A stretch of DNA of 64,000 bases from Chrysomallon squamiferum (lineage: Eukaryota; Animalia; Mollusca): contig CM022669.1 in the NCBI GenBank assembly GCA_012295275.1, positions 4,154,001 through 4,218,000 of the forward strand. Reading direction: 5' to 3'. The translations under genes and the position numbers were made by a program. The notes beneath the pieces were generated by a model. It was not told where the DNA came from. It worked only from the letters and a program-made list of their open reading frames with translations, and did not search any database. The stretch's first letter is position 1, and each line of letters begins with the position of its first letter. Positions 40,876 through 64,000 of the stretch are shown here, in pieces.

Positions 40876-42963
40876 GCTGTTATACATATGGATATGAGTT
40901 CAGGTGATTAGGCAATTTATTTATTTATTTATTTATTTAATATATTTATTATTTACTTATTATTTTATTATTATTATTTATTATTATTATTTTTATTATT
41001 GTTTTTATTATTGTTTTTATTTTTATTATTATTATTATTATTATTTTATTGTTTTATACTTTTGGTTTTATGGGGGTGGTGGTGGTTGGAGCGGGTTGTA
41101 TTTTTACTATAAATATTTTCTTACTCGCACAAAATTATTACATCTTAGTTGTATTAAGCTTCAGCAGCGCGGTTTACTACGGCTCCACTGTATATGCAGA
41201 CAACCTGTCCTGTCAATCTTAGATAATACGTTACAGTGTCCTCTTTATTGACACGATCTCTCACTCACAACATACATTAAACTGAGTGCCCATAGCGGCA
41301 TTAAATACACGGTCCAAGCTTGGTGAGAAAACATGTCAATCAAAACATTTAGGTTAGCAATAAAACTGTTTCCGAATGTTTTTACTTCTTCTGTTGACAT
41401 GCATTTTTTTTTTTACTTGAAGCTGGTATAAGGTTAATGCAGGCTTTACTGGGCAAATTGCTTTACTGGTGTTTGTAGGCAAGATGAAACTTTAGTATTC
41501 AGTTAATTTGTTAGCTGAATTAGATGATAATGTATCAGCTGATTAGAGAAAGCGAAATTGGTGATCTGGCATTTACACCAGCGAGTGACGGTATTTTCTG
41601 TCAGAGAATTGTTCAAGTACGCCTGACATGAGCAAAACAAAATCTCTTTGATTTGCCTGTGAAGTTCTGTCGAAGACTAGAACTATTTTCATTTTTTTTA
41701 TTATTTACTACGTTTTTTCGTGTCTCATTAATATTTTGCTTTGCGTTCTGAAGGAGTGAAAACATATAACAAAGTGGAAGTGTCGTACTAAAAAATTAAC
41801 GTTTCCAACTTACGTATTTTATATGACTCTTGTCTGTCTGTCTGTCTGTCTGCTTTTCTCTTTGTCTCAGTCTATCTTAAATACCTGCAGACAGTTATAG
41901 AAACCTTATGTGAACCCATTAAGAAGTAATAGAAATGTAAACAGAATTAGAATTTAAAATTTATTGACATAGAGACCGACACAAAGTATGCAAAAGGTAA
42001 TAAAACCCGTGAACAAGTCATAATATCCAAATAAATTTATGTGTGCTACATAATTAATACGTGCAATAAATATAGTTAAGCAGTATCCAAACAAGTCTCT
42101 CTTGATGTTAATATATCTATAGGGTTATGTTTTAATCCTTCGCTGAGTTACATAAATAATATGCTGTATTTAGGGCTGCAAAAATCCGAAATCCATTTGG
42201 GAAAAAAGAATTGGAATTAATGGCGTCTGTACAGTAAATATAATAACTGTCAAGTTCTTTTAAATTAGAATCAATCACATGCGTATAAAAGTAACTATCA
42301 ATTACAAGACAGAGACAGTGAATTGTATTTATAGAAGTATGTAATATACTCGGAAAGGTTTTTACATCTAAGTCTTAAACGTTATCAGTTAATAACTTCA
42401 GGGTAAGAAATATATCAACGCTGCCGATGTTAATAAAATACAAAAATTATATATTATATATTATATCATATAACACAATATTATACTATATTATAAAACG
42501 TAATATTATACTATGTTATATAACAATATTATACTGTATTATAGAACATTATTCTTAGTAATGTAGCTTGATCTGTGCACGCACAAAAAGTCAAAGAGTC
42601 TCGAGAAATGGTAAAATGAAAGGTGGTAATATTATACAGAGATTGGAGGGTTTAAACTCAGTTTGCTTGGCTCCTGCTGGTCATACAATGGGAGATTCTG
42701 TTTTCATTTTCTGTAATTCGTTTCACTACATTTGATTCACAGCTCTTTGAATATGTTTTGCTGTTAATAAATAAAACAGTATTTTACAGTGGTGGTAATT
42801 ATTGTCATTATTATTTCGTTTCTGGCTATAGTATCTGAGCTCTCGTTGTAATCACTGTAATGCAAACATTTTGGAGAAAAACCAAAATAATAATCATTTG
42901 TTGATATAAAAATACATTTTATACTTTGGAAGGCTTGTTAAGTTGTTTATTTATTTATTTATT

Positions 42964-42999
<36 letters not shown>

Positions 43000-43130
43000 T
43001 ATTATTATTATTATTATTATTGTTTTATGTTTGAGATATGCCACTACATACTAAAATGATGCAGCTTGATTAATTTAAAACAATAAGGATATGCTTATAG
43101 CTACAAAGAACCAAGCAAAGGTCTTGCTTG

Positions 43131-43167
<37 letters not shown>

Positions 43168-44216
43168 GCGTGAAGGTGGGAAGTAGGTGAAATTACATGG
43201 GAAGCAGATGAAAGCGTGTTTTAAGAGGTGGAAAACCCATTCAAATGTCAGATTAATTAAAAGCATTTCAGTTGAATATAAGCGCTAGATTTGTTTGAAT
43301 ATAACATTTTAAATAAACGATTGATACATAAAATATAATTGTAATTTTGATAGTTTCAAAAAGACCGCCTGGTGTGTGTGTTTGAATCAATGTATAACAT
43401 TTTGCTAAAGAAAACGACTGATAATAAAATATAATTATGATTTTGATTGTTTCTAAAACAAAAAACCTGCCTATTATATATATATAAACTAATAACTACA
43501 CTGATTTTGATACTCAGAAATTCCAAGCGTTAAAAATGTTTTTAATTCGTTGTAATATCATACATTATTCACATACTTCATTAAACAGAGAAGTTTCAGT
43601 TCTGGAATTATTTCGAAATATTTCGACAACCAGTAACATAAGCTTTTTTATTTGTTTGGGTGTCCTTGAATATTCGCTAATTTAATTTCATTTGTATATT
43701 AATAACCTTTACATCAGTTACGCTAAATATTCATTATACTTTACTTTGTTCATTTGTTTGTTCACTAGAGCTAGTGTTGCTATCATAAAACTGCTTTTTT
43801 CCCCAGCTTTGTTAACAAAATAACGATCTAACATTATTGCATCACCTTTGACAGTAATGTGAAGAATATAAAAAGTTGAGACATTTTTTAAAATTAAGGG
43901 TATGTTTGTTTTTGTTTTTGTTTTATCCTAAGTTTGTGTACATTCCTACTGTATTTGTTATTGAAAATAAACCTATTTTTGAAGCTTATACTAGCCTTGT
44001 TGTGCCATAAAAATAACGAGTTTTTATTAAAACTAAAACTCTGTTGTAAGTAAATATGGACCTGTTTGCCGTTATTTGATTGTAAGTGTCCTTACTCATG
44101 TAAGTTTGTATGTTTGTTTCTTTTTGTCAAATAAATTGATCAAGCATTTTACTGACTTTGTTTTATTAGAACTGTTTTTGGTGTTATTTAACTTGTATTT
44201 GGACTATTATTATTAC

Positions 44217-44279
<63 letters not shown>

Positions 44280-45530
44280 CATCATCATCATCATCATCAT
44301 TATTATTGTTGTTTTTTTTGTTTTTTTTGTTTTTACTGTCGTTTTTGTGGTTTTAGTTGTTGTTGTTTGCTGTAGTAATAGTAGTAGTAGTAGTACCAGC
44401 AGCAGTAGTAGTAGTAGTAGATAGATTTTTTGTTTTTTTCATTACTATTAAAATGTAATATAGCTTATATAACTACAATTATTGCCCGTACTATTATCAC
44501 CTCTTCCTCCTTTTCTTCTACTACTTATACTAGTACTAATACTAATAATACTAATAACCAATATTAATACTAATTTTATGTGAAAATATATCCACCAGCA
44601 ATAAAACCACCAAAAGAAGGAAGAAGAAGAAGAAGAAAGACACCCCCTTCAAAAGAAACAACAAAAAAACAACAACAAAAAAACACAATAACACACAACA
44701 ACAACAACAAACAACACGTACACAATCCTACATTACAAGATATTACTGAGAAAAACAGACAATTTTAATATTCATTTATTGTCGAAATTCCGGTTTAAAA
44801 TAAAAATAATATTATTAAAAATTATTATTAACGACGACAACAACAACAAAACAAGACTAAAAAGAAGAGAAATGCGAAGAAGAATTAAACTGAAGCTAAA
44901 AAAAAAAAAAGATATTGAATTAATAACGACAGAAATAAAAACTCGGAAGAACTAATTGTGTTTCTCGTCCTCTCTCGTTTCAGCATAATTATTGGTTTTA
45001 ATGAAATTAAATATGTTTTATCGTTAACGCACCTGCGTCGCCTCTGTTTACCTGTATTTTGGTATCGACTGTCCGTTTTGTATCCAAACACACAATGTCT
45101 TTCCCACCTAAATTATTATTATTTATCTTTCGCATAATGTAATATAAATCGTTCTCTGTTTACACGTTTAGTGAATGCGACAGAAAAAAAAATATCGAGT
45201 TTTAAACACCTCCGTCGTTGAAGGAAATTATACACATTCATCTTCTAAATCGATTTTTGACGGTTTTCAGTAAAAGGCACCTTAAGTACGCTTTCAGCCA
45301 ACTTCAGTAAAACAGTCGCTTAAGCGAAACGTACTTAAAATCATTGACTGTCCAAGCATTTGTTCACAGGACACACCCACCACACTGTTCTCCACGACAG
45401 CGTTAGCGTGCTGAATGTTTAGTTAGAGAAGAAAGCATGTCGTTGTCGTAGACGTAGATAATTTTGCTTTAAGCCGAAATCGGTATTTGTTCACAATACC
45501 TCACAGTTTATTTTGTTATTGTTGTTGTTG

Positions 45531-45615
<85 letters not shown>

Positions 45616-46332
45616 TTTATTTTTAATGTGATGCAACAGTTTAAGTACTCGTGGACAAATGCTTAAGTAAATTTGTTCTGCATGACTTATATGACAGATT
45701 AGCGGGAGAGTTGGCAGATTACATAACAGTATCACTAGTTCTACTAATATTACAACTGCATTGTACTACTATTTCTATTACTGCTGCTGATAATGATAAT
45801 GATACTACTATCATTACTACTCATGATGATGAAATATCAGCATGTGGGGACAAAAATAACGAACTATAGAAATCCATTTAATTTAACATTAAGCTGGAGA
45901 CAAATTTTAATCATTTAAAAAAAAAAAGTTATTGATTGAACCATATCTTGTCTGACCATCAGTGTGTTAGTCTTAGTAAGATTGTGAATTACAGAAAAAA
46001 ATAAAAATAATAATGTTTAAAGATTTTAACACTGCCATTTAATTCTGAATAGGGGCCAGTACTGGGAAGCGATCCTAGAACGTAACCATGTAAAATGACT
46101 TAACACTATGCAGTTTCAAACCTCTAAATATTTATAAATTCTATTTTGCCACTGCTGAATGGGCGGTGTCTTTAAGTACTGGCAGAAATAAGCTCATTGG
46201 TCGCACGTAAAATCGAATTATCATAGCATTTCACGAGGCGTTTGACAGTCTCGTGTCATGTCTCTCTGCTTAGAGTTCCAGAAGTGAATCCGTTTTTCTC
46301 AGAAGGAAAGGTTGTCTTGGTTTGTCAAAGAC

Positions 46333-57296
<10,964 letters not shown>

Positions 57297-58173
57297 TCGG
57301 TCGGATTGTCTGTGAATTGTATACTCTACATGTGTAATTCTTAGTTGCATTTTGTAATATATATTATAACACTGTTAATGTAATTAAATAAATATCTTTG
57401 TCTAGTTTTTCTCTGTGTATGTGTGTATGTTTGTATGTATGTATGTATGTACGAATGTGTGAATGTGTATATGTATATATGTATGTATGTATGTATATTT
57501 TTGTATTTTGTATGTATAACTCTATTTATGTTTGTATAGGTGTGTCTATATGCGTCTGTGTGTCTAAATATACATATATGTATGTATGTGCGTATGTATG
57601 TACGTATGTATTTATATTCTATGTATATATATGTGTGTATGTGTATGTATGTAAATAAACATATATGTATACATGTGTGCATGTATGTGCTTATGTATGT
57701 ATGTATGTATATATATATATATGTATGTAAGTATGTATGTTTGTATGTATGTATGTGTGTATGTGTGTATGTATGTATATGCACGTAGATATATAAATGT
57801 ACCTGTATCCACGTATGTATTTTTTGTCAGTATAATTATATGTGTTAAATGAATATAATCATTTCACCATTTCCACGTAACGAAATAAACGCTGTTGAAC
57901 AAACCATGTTATTGCTCAGTTCTCTTGTTCTACACAAACACAAACATAGAAACAGTCACGAAGTTCTCTTTCAGTTAATAATTGATGGATGGAAAGATCA
58001 ATTCTTCTTTCTTCTACAAGGCTGATTTATCAAAGGCCATCTTCTTAGCTTTCCTGACTTAGTGAAAAAGTTTAGATGGTAATCATTAAGATTAGTTCAT
58101 CGAATACCTCAGCCCACTGTTTCCTATGTCTTATGCCACATGTAACAACTTTTAACATTAGAAATCTATTCAA

Positions 58174-58292
<119 letters not shown>

Positions 58293-59556
58293 GAATAAAA
58301 ATTAATTATAACAATTATTATTACTATCATTAATAGTAATAACAGTAGCAGCAGCAGTAGTAGTAGTGCTACTAGTAGTAGTAGTAGTAGTAGTGGTAGT
58401 AGTAGTGGTACTAGTAGTAGTAGTAGCAATACCAAACGTAGTATAACACAAATATATATGGAAATTCTTATAAATCAAAAGCTAAATAAACAAATATTTC
58501 TTCATTTAATTTGTTTGCTGCTAATATCAGAGTTATTTGATTAGTATTGGCCAAATCAGTTACTACTTAATTGTATATACTTTTATCTTAAAATGGTGAA
58601 TTAGAGTTTCCTTATTTCTATTCTTAATTTCTAAAACTATTAGTTATTTCAATCATTAGTGTCAATGCGAGAAATATGTTCTGGATTTTTTTTTTTTTTT
58701 ATCAATATTTCCATGAATATAAGAATTACTTTCTATCTGGATTTTTCCTCAAGTTGATTTTTTACATTCAGTATTTCGAAAAATATGCGAATAACGTTCT
58801 ATCTGGATTATTTTTCGAATAAACTGTTTTCTGTCAATAGTTCCAAGAACCCACGTGGGTGTTAATTGTTTTTTGATTTCACCAGGTTTAGTCAGTTCCG
58901 AGCACCGATGTTAAAGTAACGAATGCCAGAAGACGGAACTGTTTCTCAGTTGTTGTTTTTTCTAACTGCTATTAATGTGATAAATTCATCAAGTCAAGTT
59001 TTTTTTCTGTCAGATTTTGTTGGAGGAAGTCTGTTTTTTTCAGTGGTTAGAACAGAGACGTGATACATCACGAGTAGAAAGGATTCGTTATCAATGTTCC
59101 TGCAGGACAATTTTCTATTTCCAGTCAGGCCGTGGGTTTTTTTCTGTCTATGAGAAGGTGCATATAAAAAATCTCTTTCTGCTAATCGGAAAAGGCAAAA
59201 CAGCGGGGTTTTATCTCCTTATTTGTATATGATACTTAACCATGACGTCATAAAGCATGGGTTAAAATGTACAAAGTGCTATGTTAAATTAAATATTCTT
59301 CCTTTGAAATTCTGTAACTAACCTGATATTAATGTTAAAAGTTTAATTAAAACTAATTTCATTTAGAACAAGAAATCGATTTAGGAGAAAATAACTGTCT
59401 TATAATGTAAATTATTATCATGATTTACTCAACGATCACAAAATTATATTAATTTTTTTAATTTGTTTTGTTTTTATTTTTTTTATATTATTATTATTAT
59501 TTATTTATATTTGATTAGGTTTGATTTTACTTCTATTTTACAGGCCATGATTTCAA

Positions 59557-59615
<59 letters not shown>

Positions 59616-59687
59616 CACTCAGTCTGACATGGCTTTTAACACGATATGACGAATATGTATTAAAAAAAAAAAAAAAAATTTTATAAT

Positions 59688-59722
<35 letters not shown>

Positions 59723-60003
59723 TTAAAGTTATTTATTATATTATTTATCTTGTGACATAAAATCCAAAATTATTCTTCCTTCACCATTTATACGATAGAA
59801 CATTTTCATTCGTTCATGACTCCATAATAAGAAATAACAAAATTGCTACACTATTCTTACACCACTTGTACTAGACACTTTACTAATAACATCTCGTCAA
59901 GAGTCTACATTGTGAGATCAAAAACTGATTATTTTACCAAAACAACCTTAATAACATCCACTTTTTACTGTTAAATTAAACAGCTCAAGCCATAATACAA
60001 AAT

Positions 60004-62137
60004 CTACGGTATTTTCGGTCGAAGTTTCATTTCCACTTTCTTCAACGAATAAAACTCTGTGTCTTTCCACGTGAACCACACAATGCCGTCGGCGTAGTTG
60101 GACCTCGCCTGCGAGTACCAAGCGGTGTGGTAGATACCGTTCAGAGCGCTGGAGTAGCAGCTGTTGAACCACCACCCTCCTTTGTTCTCTGCGGCGCAGT
60201 GTCGCGTGTGGAGGTCGTTGTCCACGTCTTCCGTGCTGAAGGCCATGTTGTCGTGGTAACTGAGAGAGTCGCCTGCGTCGCCGCTGTAGCCGCTGACGTG
60301 CAGGCGGTAGTGGTTTATGCCGTCCTCCACAGAAAAGGTGTCGTATTCGGCGTACGCCTTGTTGCCCTCCCAGTCCCAGATGTCGACGCGGAGGATGTAC
60401 TGCTTCTGTGTCGTCATCAGGTGGATCAGGTCGTTTCCGAACCAGAACTCGGCGTACGGGTTGCCGAAGCCGTACCGGTATTCCAGCCAGCGGCGGTTGA
60501 AGTTGAGCAAGCCGTCGATTCGACGCTGAATCACCGTGTAGCCGGTTTTATTGACCATCTCACAGTACACGGAAATCATCAGAGGCGATCCGCTGGGTTT
60601 GATGTTGTAAACTCCGCTAACCCGCGAGCCTGTCTGGTAAAGTTCGTGACAGTCTGACATAAATAAATAAATAAATAAAAATAAATAATTTTTGATATAT
60701 ATAATGGTTTTAATTATATAATGATAAAAAATGTTTTGAGAGAGAATGTTTCCTGCCAATATTTTACTGACCTCGTTCATTGATTTCAGTTTATACATAT
60801 ATGTGAGTATGTGTGTATGTGTGTGCGTGTGTGTGTGTATGTGTTCGTGTGTGTGTGTATGTATATGTGTATGAGTGTTTGTTTGTATGTTTGTGTGTGT
60901 GTTTGTGTGTGTGTCTGTGCGCATGTGTGTGAGTGTGTGTATGTGTATGCTTATGTGTTTATGTGTGTGTATGCATGTGTATGTGTATGTGTGTATGTGT
61001 GGGTGTGAGTGTGTATGTGTATGTTTATGTGTATATGTGTGTGTGTGTATGTTTGTGTTTATGTGTGTATGTGTGTGTGTGTCTGCGCATGTGTGCGTGT
61101 TTGTTCGGACTGAGAGAACAGCATATACATTTTATTTTGATAGTTTAATATTAACAAAACAAAATGGTTAATGCTTTACCTTGATGAATAAAGTTTGTGG
61201 ACGACGGAGAATTGGTTTCCGGAATTGCTCGTACTACTTCGGCGTCTCTTCCAGTTCGTTCTTCTCCAATAAGGGATTTCATCTGTTGCTTGAGACGAAG
61301 ATTTTCATCCTGCAGTTCCTGAATATCGGTCTCTAAACGAATGTTGTTGCTTTGTAACGTTGATATTTCATTCCGTAATTCCGTTGTTTCGTATTTCAAG
61401 TCTTCTTGGTTCTCTTGAACTCTGGCCAGTTCTGTAGACAGACTGGACACACGACCTGGCGGGTTTGAAGTTAAAGTTTTGTGAATTGGATCGCCAGTCT
61501 GTAACATACTCACAATAGATCGGACCGTTTGTTTCAGTTTAGCTGTGCTGTTCGATATCTCGTTTTGTCCGTGTTTAAGTCGAGTATTGTCGCGACGTAT
61601 GTTATCCAGTTCACGTTTAACAAGAAGCCATTCAGCTTTGAGATCTCCAACGCTGTTTTTCAGTATGGCAATCAAATTTCGTTGTTTGTTACCCCCGTTT
61701 AAACGTCCGTTTGAAAAATGTGTCCCCGGCTTTCCGGGGTGCATGGCGCTTTTGAAATAGTCCGATTCCAGTTCTTCGACTGAGTTTCTTACGAAATCCA
61801 GCTCTCGCCTGACGGAAGACATTTCAGAATTCAAATCCTGATAGCGTATTTTACCCTGAACATTTTCCACCTTCATCTGCAGGATTTCTTTCTCTAGATT
61901 ACTTGACCAGTTCTGAAACTGCTGAAAGTCTTTGAGAAATTCGTATCTGATTTTAGAGAGGTCGTAGTTCGTGTGACCTGTCAGGTTGTCAACCTTGGAG
62001 CGCAGATTACGCACTTGTGTTAAAATATCCTGATCCGGATGCCAGACTTGAAACGTGTATTTACATCCAGTTTCGTGAAACACGGCTGCATTCACTGGCC
62101 AGTGTGCAGCGCACAGAATCAACAGGGTCAGCAACAT
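60004..62137 (-). CDS. Secreted angiopoietin-like / fibrinogen-related (FReD) protein, 2 coding exons, 535 aa
   Basis: Exon 62137-61180 (signal peptide MLLTLLILCAAHWPVNA, CKYTF motif, long coiled coil; donor g|gtaaag) joins in phase 1 to 60653-60004 (DCHELY...SGVYNI...VYCEM...TVIQRRIDG..NFNRRW.EY.YGFG...EFWFGND...FSTEDVDND...GGWWFNSCYSSALNG...GIVW). Confidence 0.92.
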
Positions 62138-64000
62138 TATGAAAGAAAAGCCAAGCTCCGAAAAAAAGAAACCAGCCAAACAGCTGAAAAGCCTTGAAAA
62201 ACCGGCAGAAGTGTTTTACTAAAACAAATTGAACTTTTCTGTCTTAATGTGCCGTTTACAACAGCTTTGAGAAATCTTCCGATGAATTAACCTGTTCCTG
62301 AGGACGTAAATTAAATTGTTGATGTGTAATCGAACATGAGCGCGAATCTAATAAAGAAGAATACGAAAGGTGATCATTCCCCCGGGATGTTTGCACACCG
62401 CAGAAAGCAGTAGTCTCTCGACAAAAGCCGAGTGCTAATCGGAAATATGGTTAATTTCTACAAACGAAATGTCTCTCGAGCGTAGATTGTAAAGAGTGAT
62501 TTTATCAATAATAGAAGTGATTCAAAGAATATCAATAGTAAAGTATCGACAGCACGCGATTGTCTGCATTCGTGCCATCAATGACGGGTCAAAACACGAA
62601 ATAACCAACCGATTTTTGAAGCTCGCTTGAAACGGGCTGCGTTCTAAAAAACGCCGTTCGATGTCTGGCTTTAACTGTGCTATTTATTTCTCCTTTTTTT
62701 GTTCTTTTTCTTTCTTTAGGTTTTTATTTAACTTTTTATTTTATTTTATTTTTAATTTTATTTTGTATTATTATTATTATTAAATGTGTTTTTTTATTTA
62801 TTTTTTTTTTTTTTTTTTTTTATAGATTGTTTTGTTTCGTTTTTCTTTTTTAACTTTTTTTTTTTTTTGATTTTTTTTTTGAGAATCATCTCAATCAAAT
62901 TAAAATAAACAGGAACTCCACAGCCAAAATAAATTGATATTATACAATATAATACGTATTATTAGTTCAAATGGTATTATAGAATAACTGTCGATGCAGT
63001 AACGATTTCCTTTCCTTCTCATAAACAAATATTGTATTTCGTTTTAAATATAAAATCTCGGAGTATTAAGTTTTAATATTATTTAATTATACGTACGTAT
63101 GTTATTTAGTTAACATTAAAAAATCAAGATAATTTTGTTTTCAAGTTTCGTTTCTATGAAAATTAACTTACATTTAAGTGAGTCTAACAATAGTTTAATC
63201 CAAATTTCAGCAAGTATTTATTTAATACTATCTAAAAGTTGATTAAATATTGTGCACATTTGATTTAAAGTTTGAGAACGACTCATTAATAATAAAAAGT
63301 AACTTTATAATTTCAAACACTTATGTTGAAAAATGTCACTTTTAAAGTAAAATAATGAACTTAAACTACTTACATTTGTTTTATTTGTCAAAAGCTGTTT
63401 GTATATATATATATATGTGTGTGTGTATATGCCTGTATATTAATTATTTCTTGCATAAAAACTCATTTTAAAAACAATCAAAATATTTAATTTAAAACAA
63501 TAATGCAGACACAAAAACAAATACAAATATATGCACGGTTGAAAAATAAATACAACTGTAATGTTATTAATGTCATAAAAAATTATATTTATTTGTTGAG
63601 GATTTATTTATCAAGATGGTCGCTTGAAAAACGAGCTACTAGTCACTGTCATGTGAAGGATGACAACATTTGGTAAACCATTGATCTTATCTTTCTAGAT
63701 CATCAGAGACATCACCAAGTTATTGACATGATAATGATTCAGACTGTCAGGAAGAGCGTTATCATGTTCAGTTAAAATTTCATGTGTTAGATTAATAATC
63801 ACGTGTACTTTTACACCTGAGTGAAAGTGTATTGACCACCCTTTCTCAAAACAAACAAACAAAAAAATTAGATTTTATAAGGAAATCCATCTTTGTTACG
63901 GTACAAGACCAATAATCCAGGGTCCTGAAATCTGGAAAGACCAGACACTATTTTCATAGTTAGCGCGCGCAGGTGTTGTCATTACCAGGTTGCAACTACT

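Noticed and set aside
46050-46112. Possible tRNA-derived SINE head on the minus strand
   Set aside because: Only a degenerate B-box-like motif; no cloverleaf; too weak to call.
60127-60657. 176-aa plus-strand ORF overlapping the FReD exon (also antisense ORFs at 33929-34270 and 51307-52103)
   Set aside because: Antisense shadow ORFs expected from GC-rich codon usage.

Overview
AT-rich, microsatellite-dense animal (invertebrate, probably lophotrochozoan/mollusc-like; inference) genomic DNA with five spliced protein-coding genes, reconstructed by hand from splice sites and reading-frame phase: (1) the 3' part of an SHB/SHD/SHE/SHF-type SH2 adaptor (+, 1718-4692); (2) TM6SF1-like EXPERA membrane protein (-, 9085-23224); (3) an 11-exon ankyrin-repeat protein (+, 24472-40190), head-to-head with TM6SF1 and with an RFX X-box/forkhead promoter; (4) a SKOR/Fussel-type Ski-family corepressor (+, 46333-57296); (5) a two-exon angiopoietin-like fibrinogen-domain protein (-, 60004-62137). 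The most interesting structures are: a 'variable 5' cassette / constant 3' exons' architecture in TM6SF1 (two first exons and three homologous, phase-incompatible second exons); an in-frame TGA in SKOR followed by a strong, phase-compatible splice donor; a ~600-bp inverted repeat enclosing an enhancer-like core in SKOR intron 1; and a TIR element with a 6-bp target-site duplication. Most short ORFs in the track are microsatellite artefacts. No database search was run.
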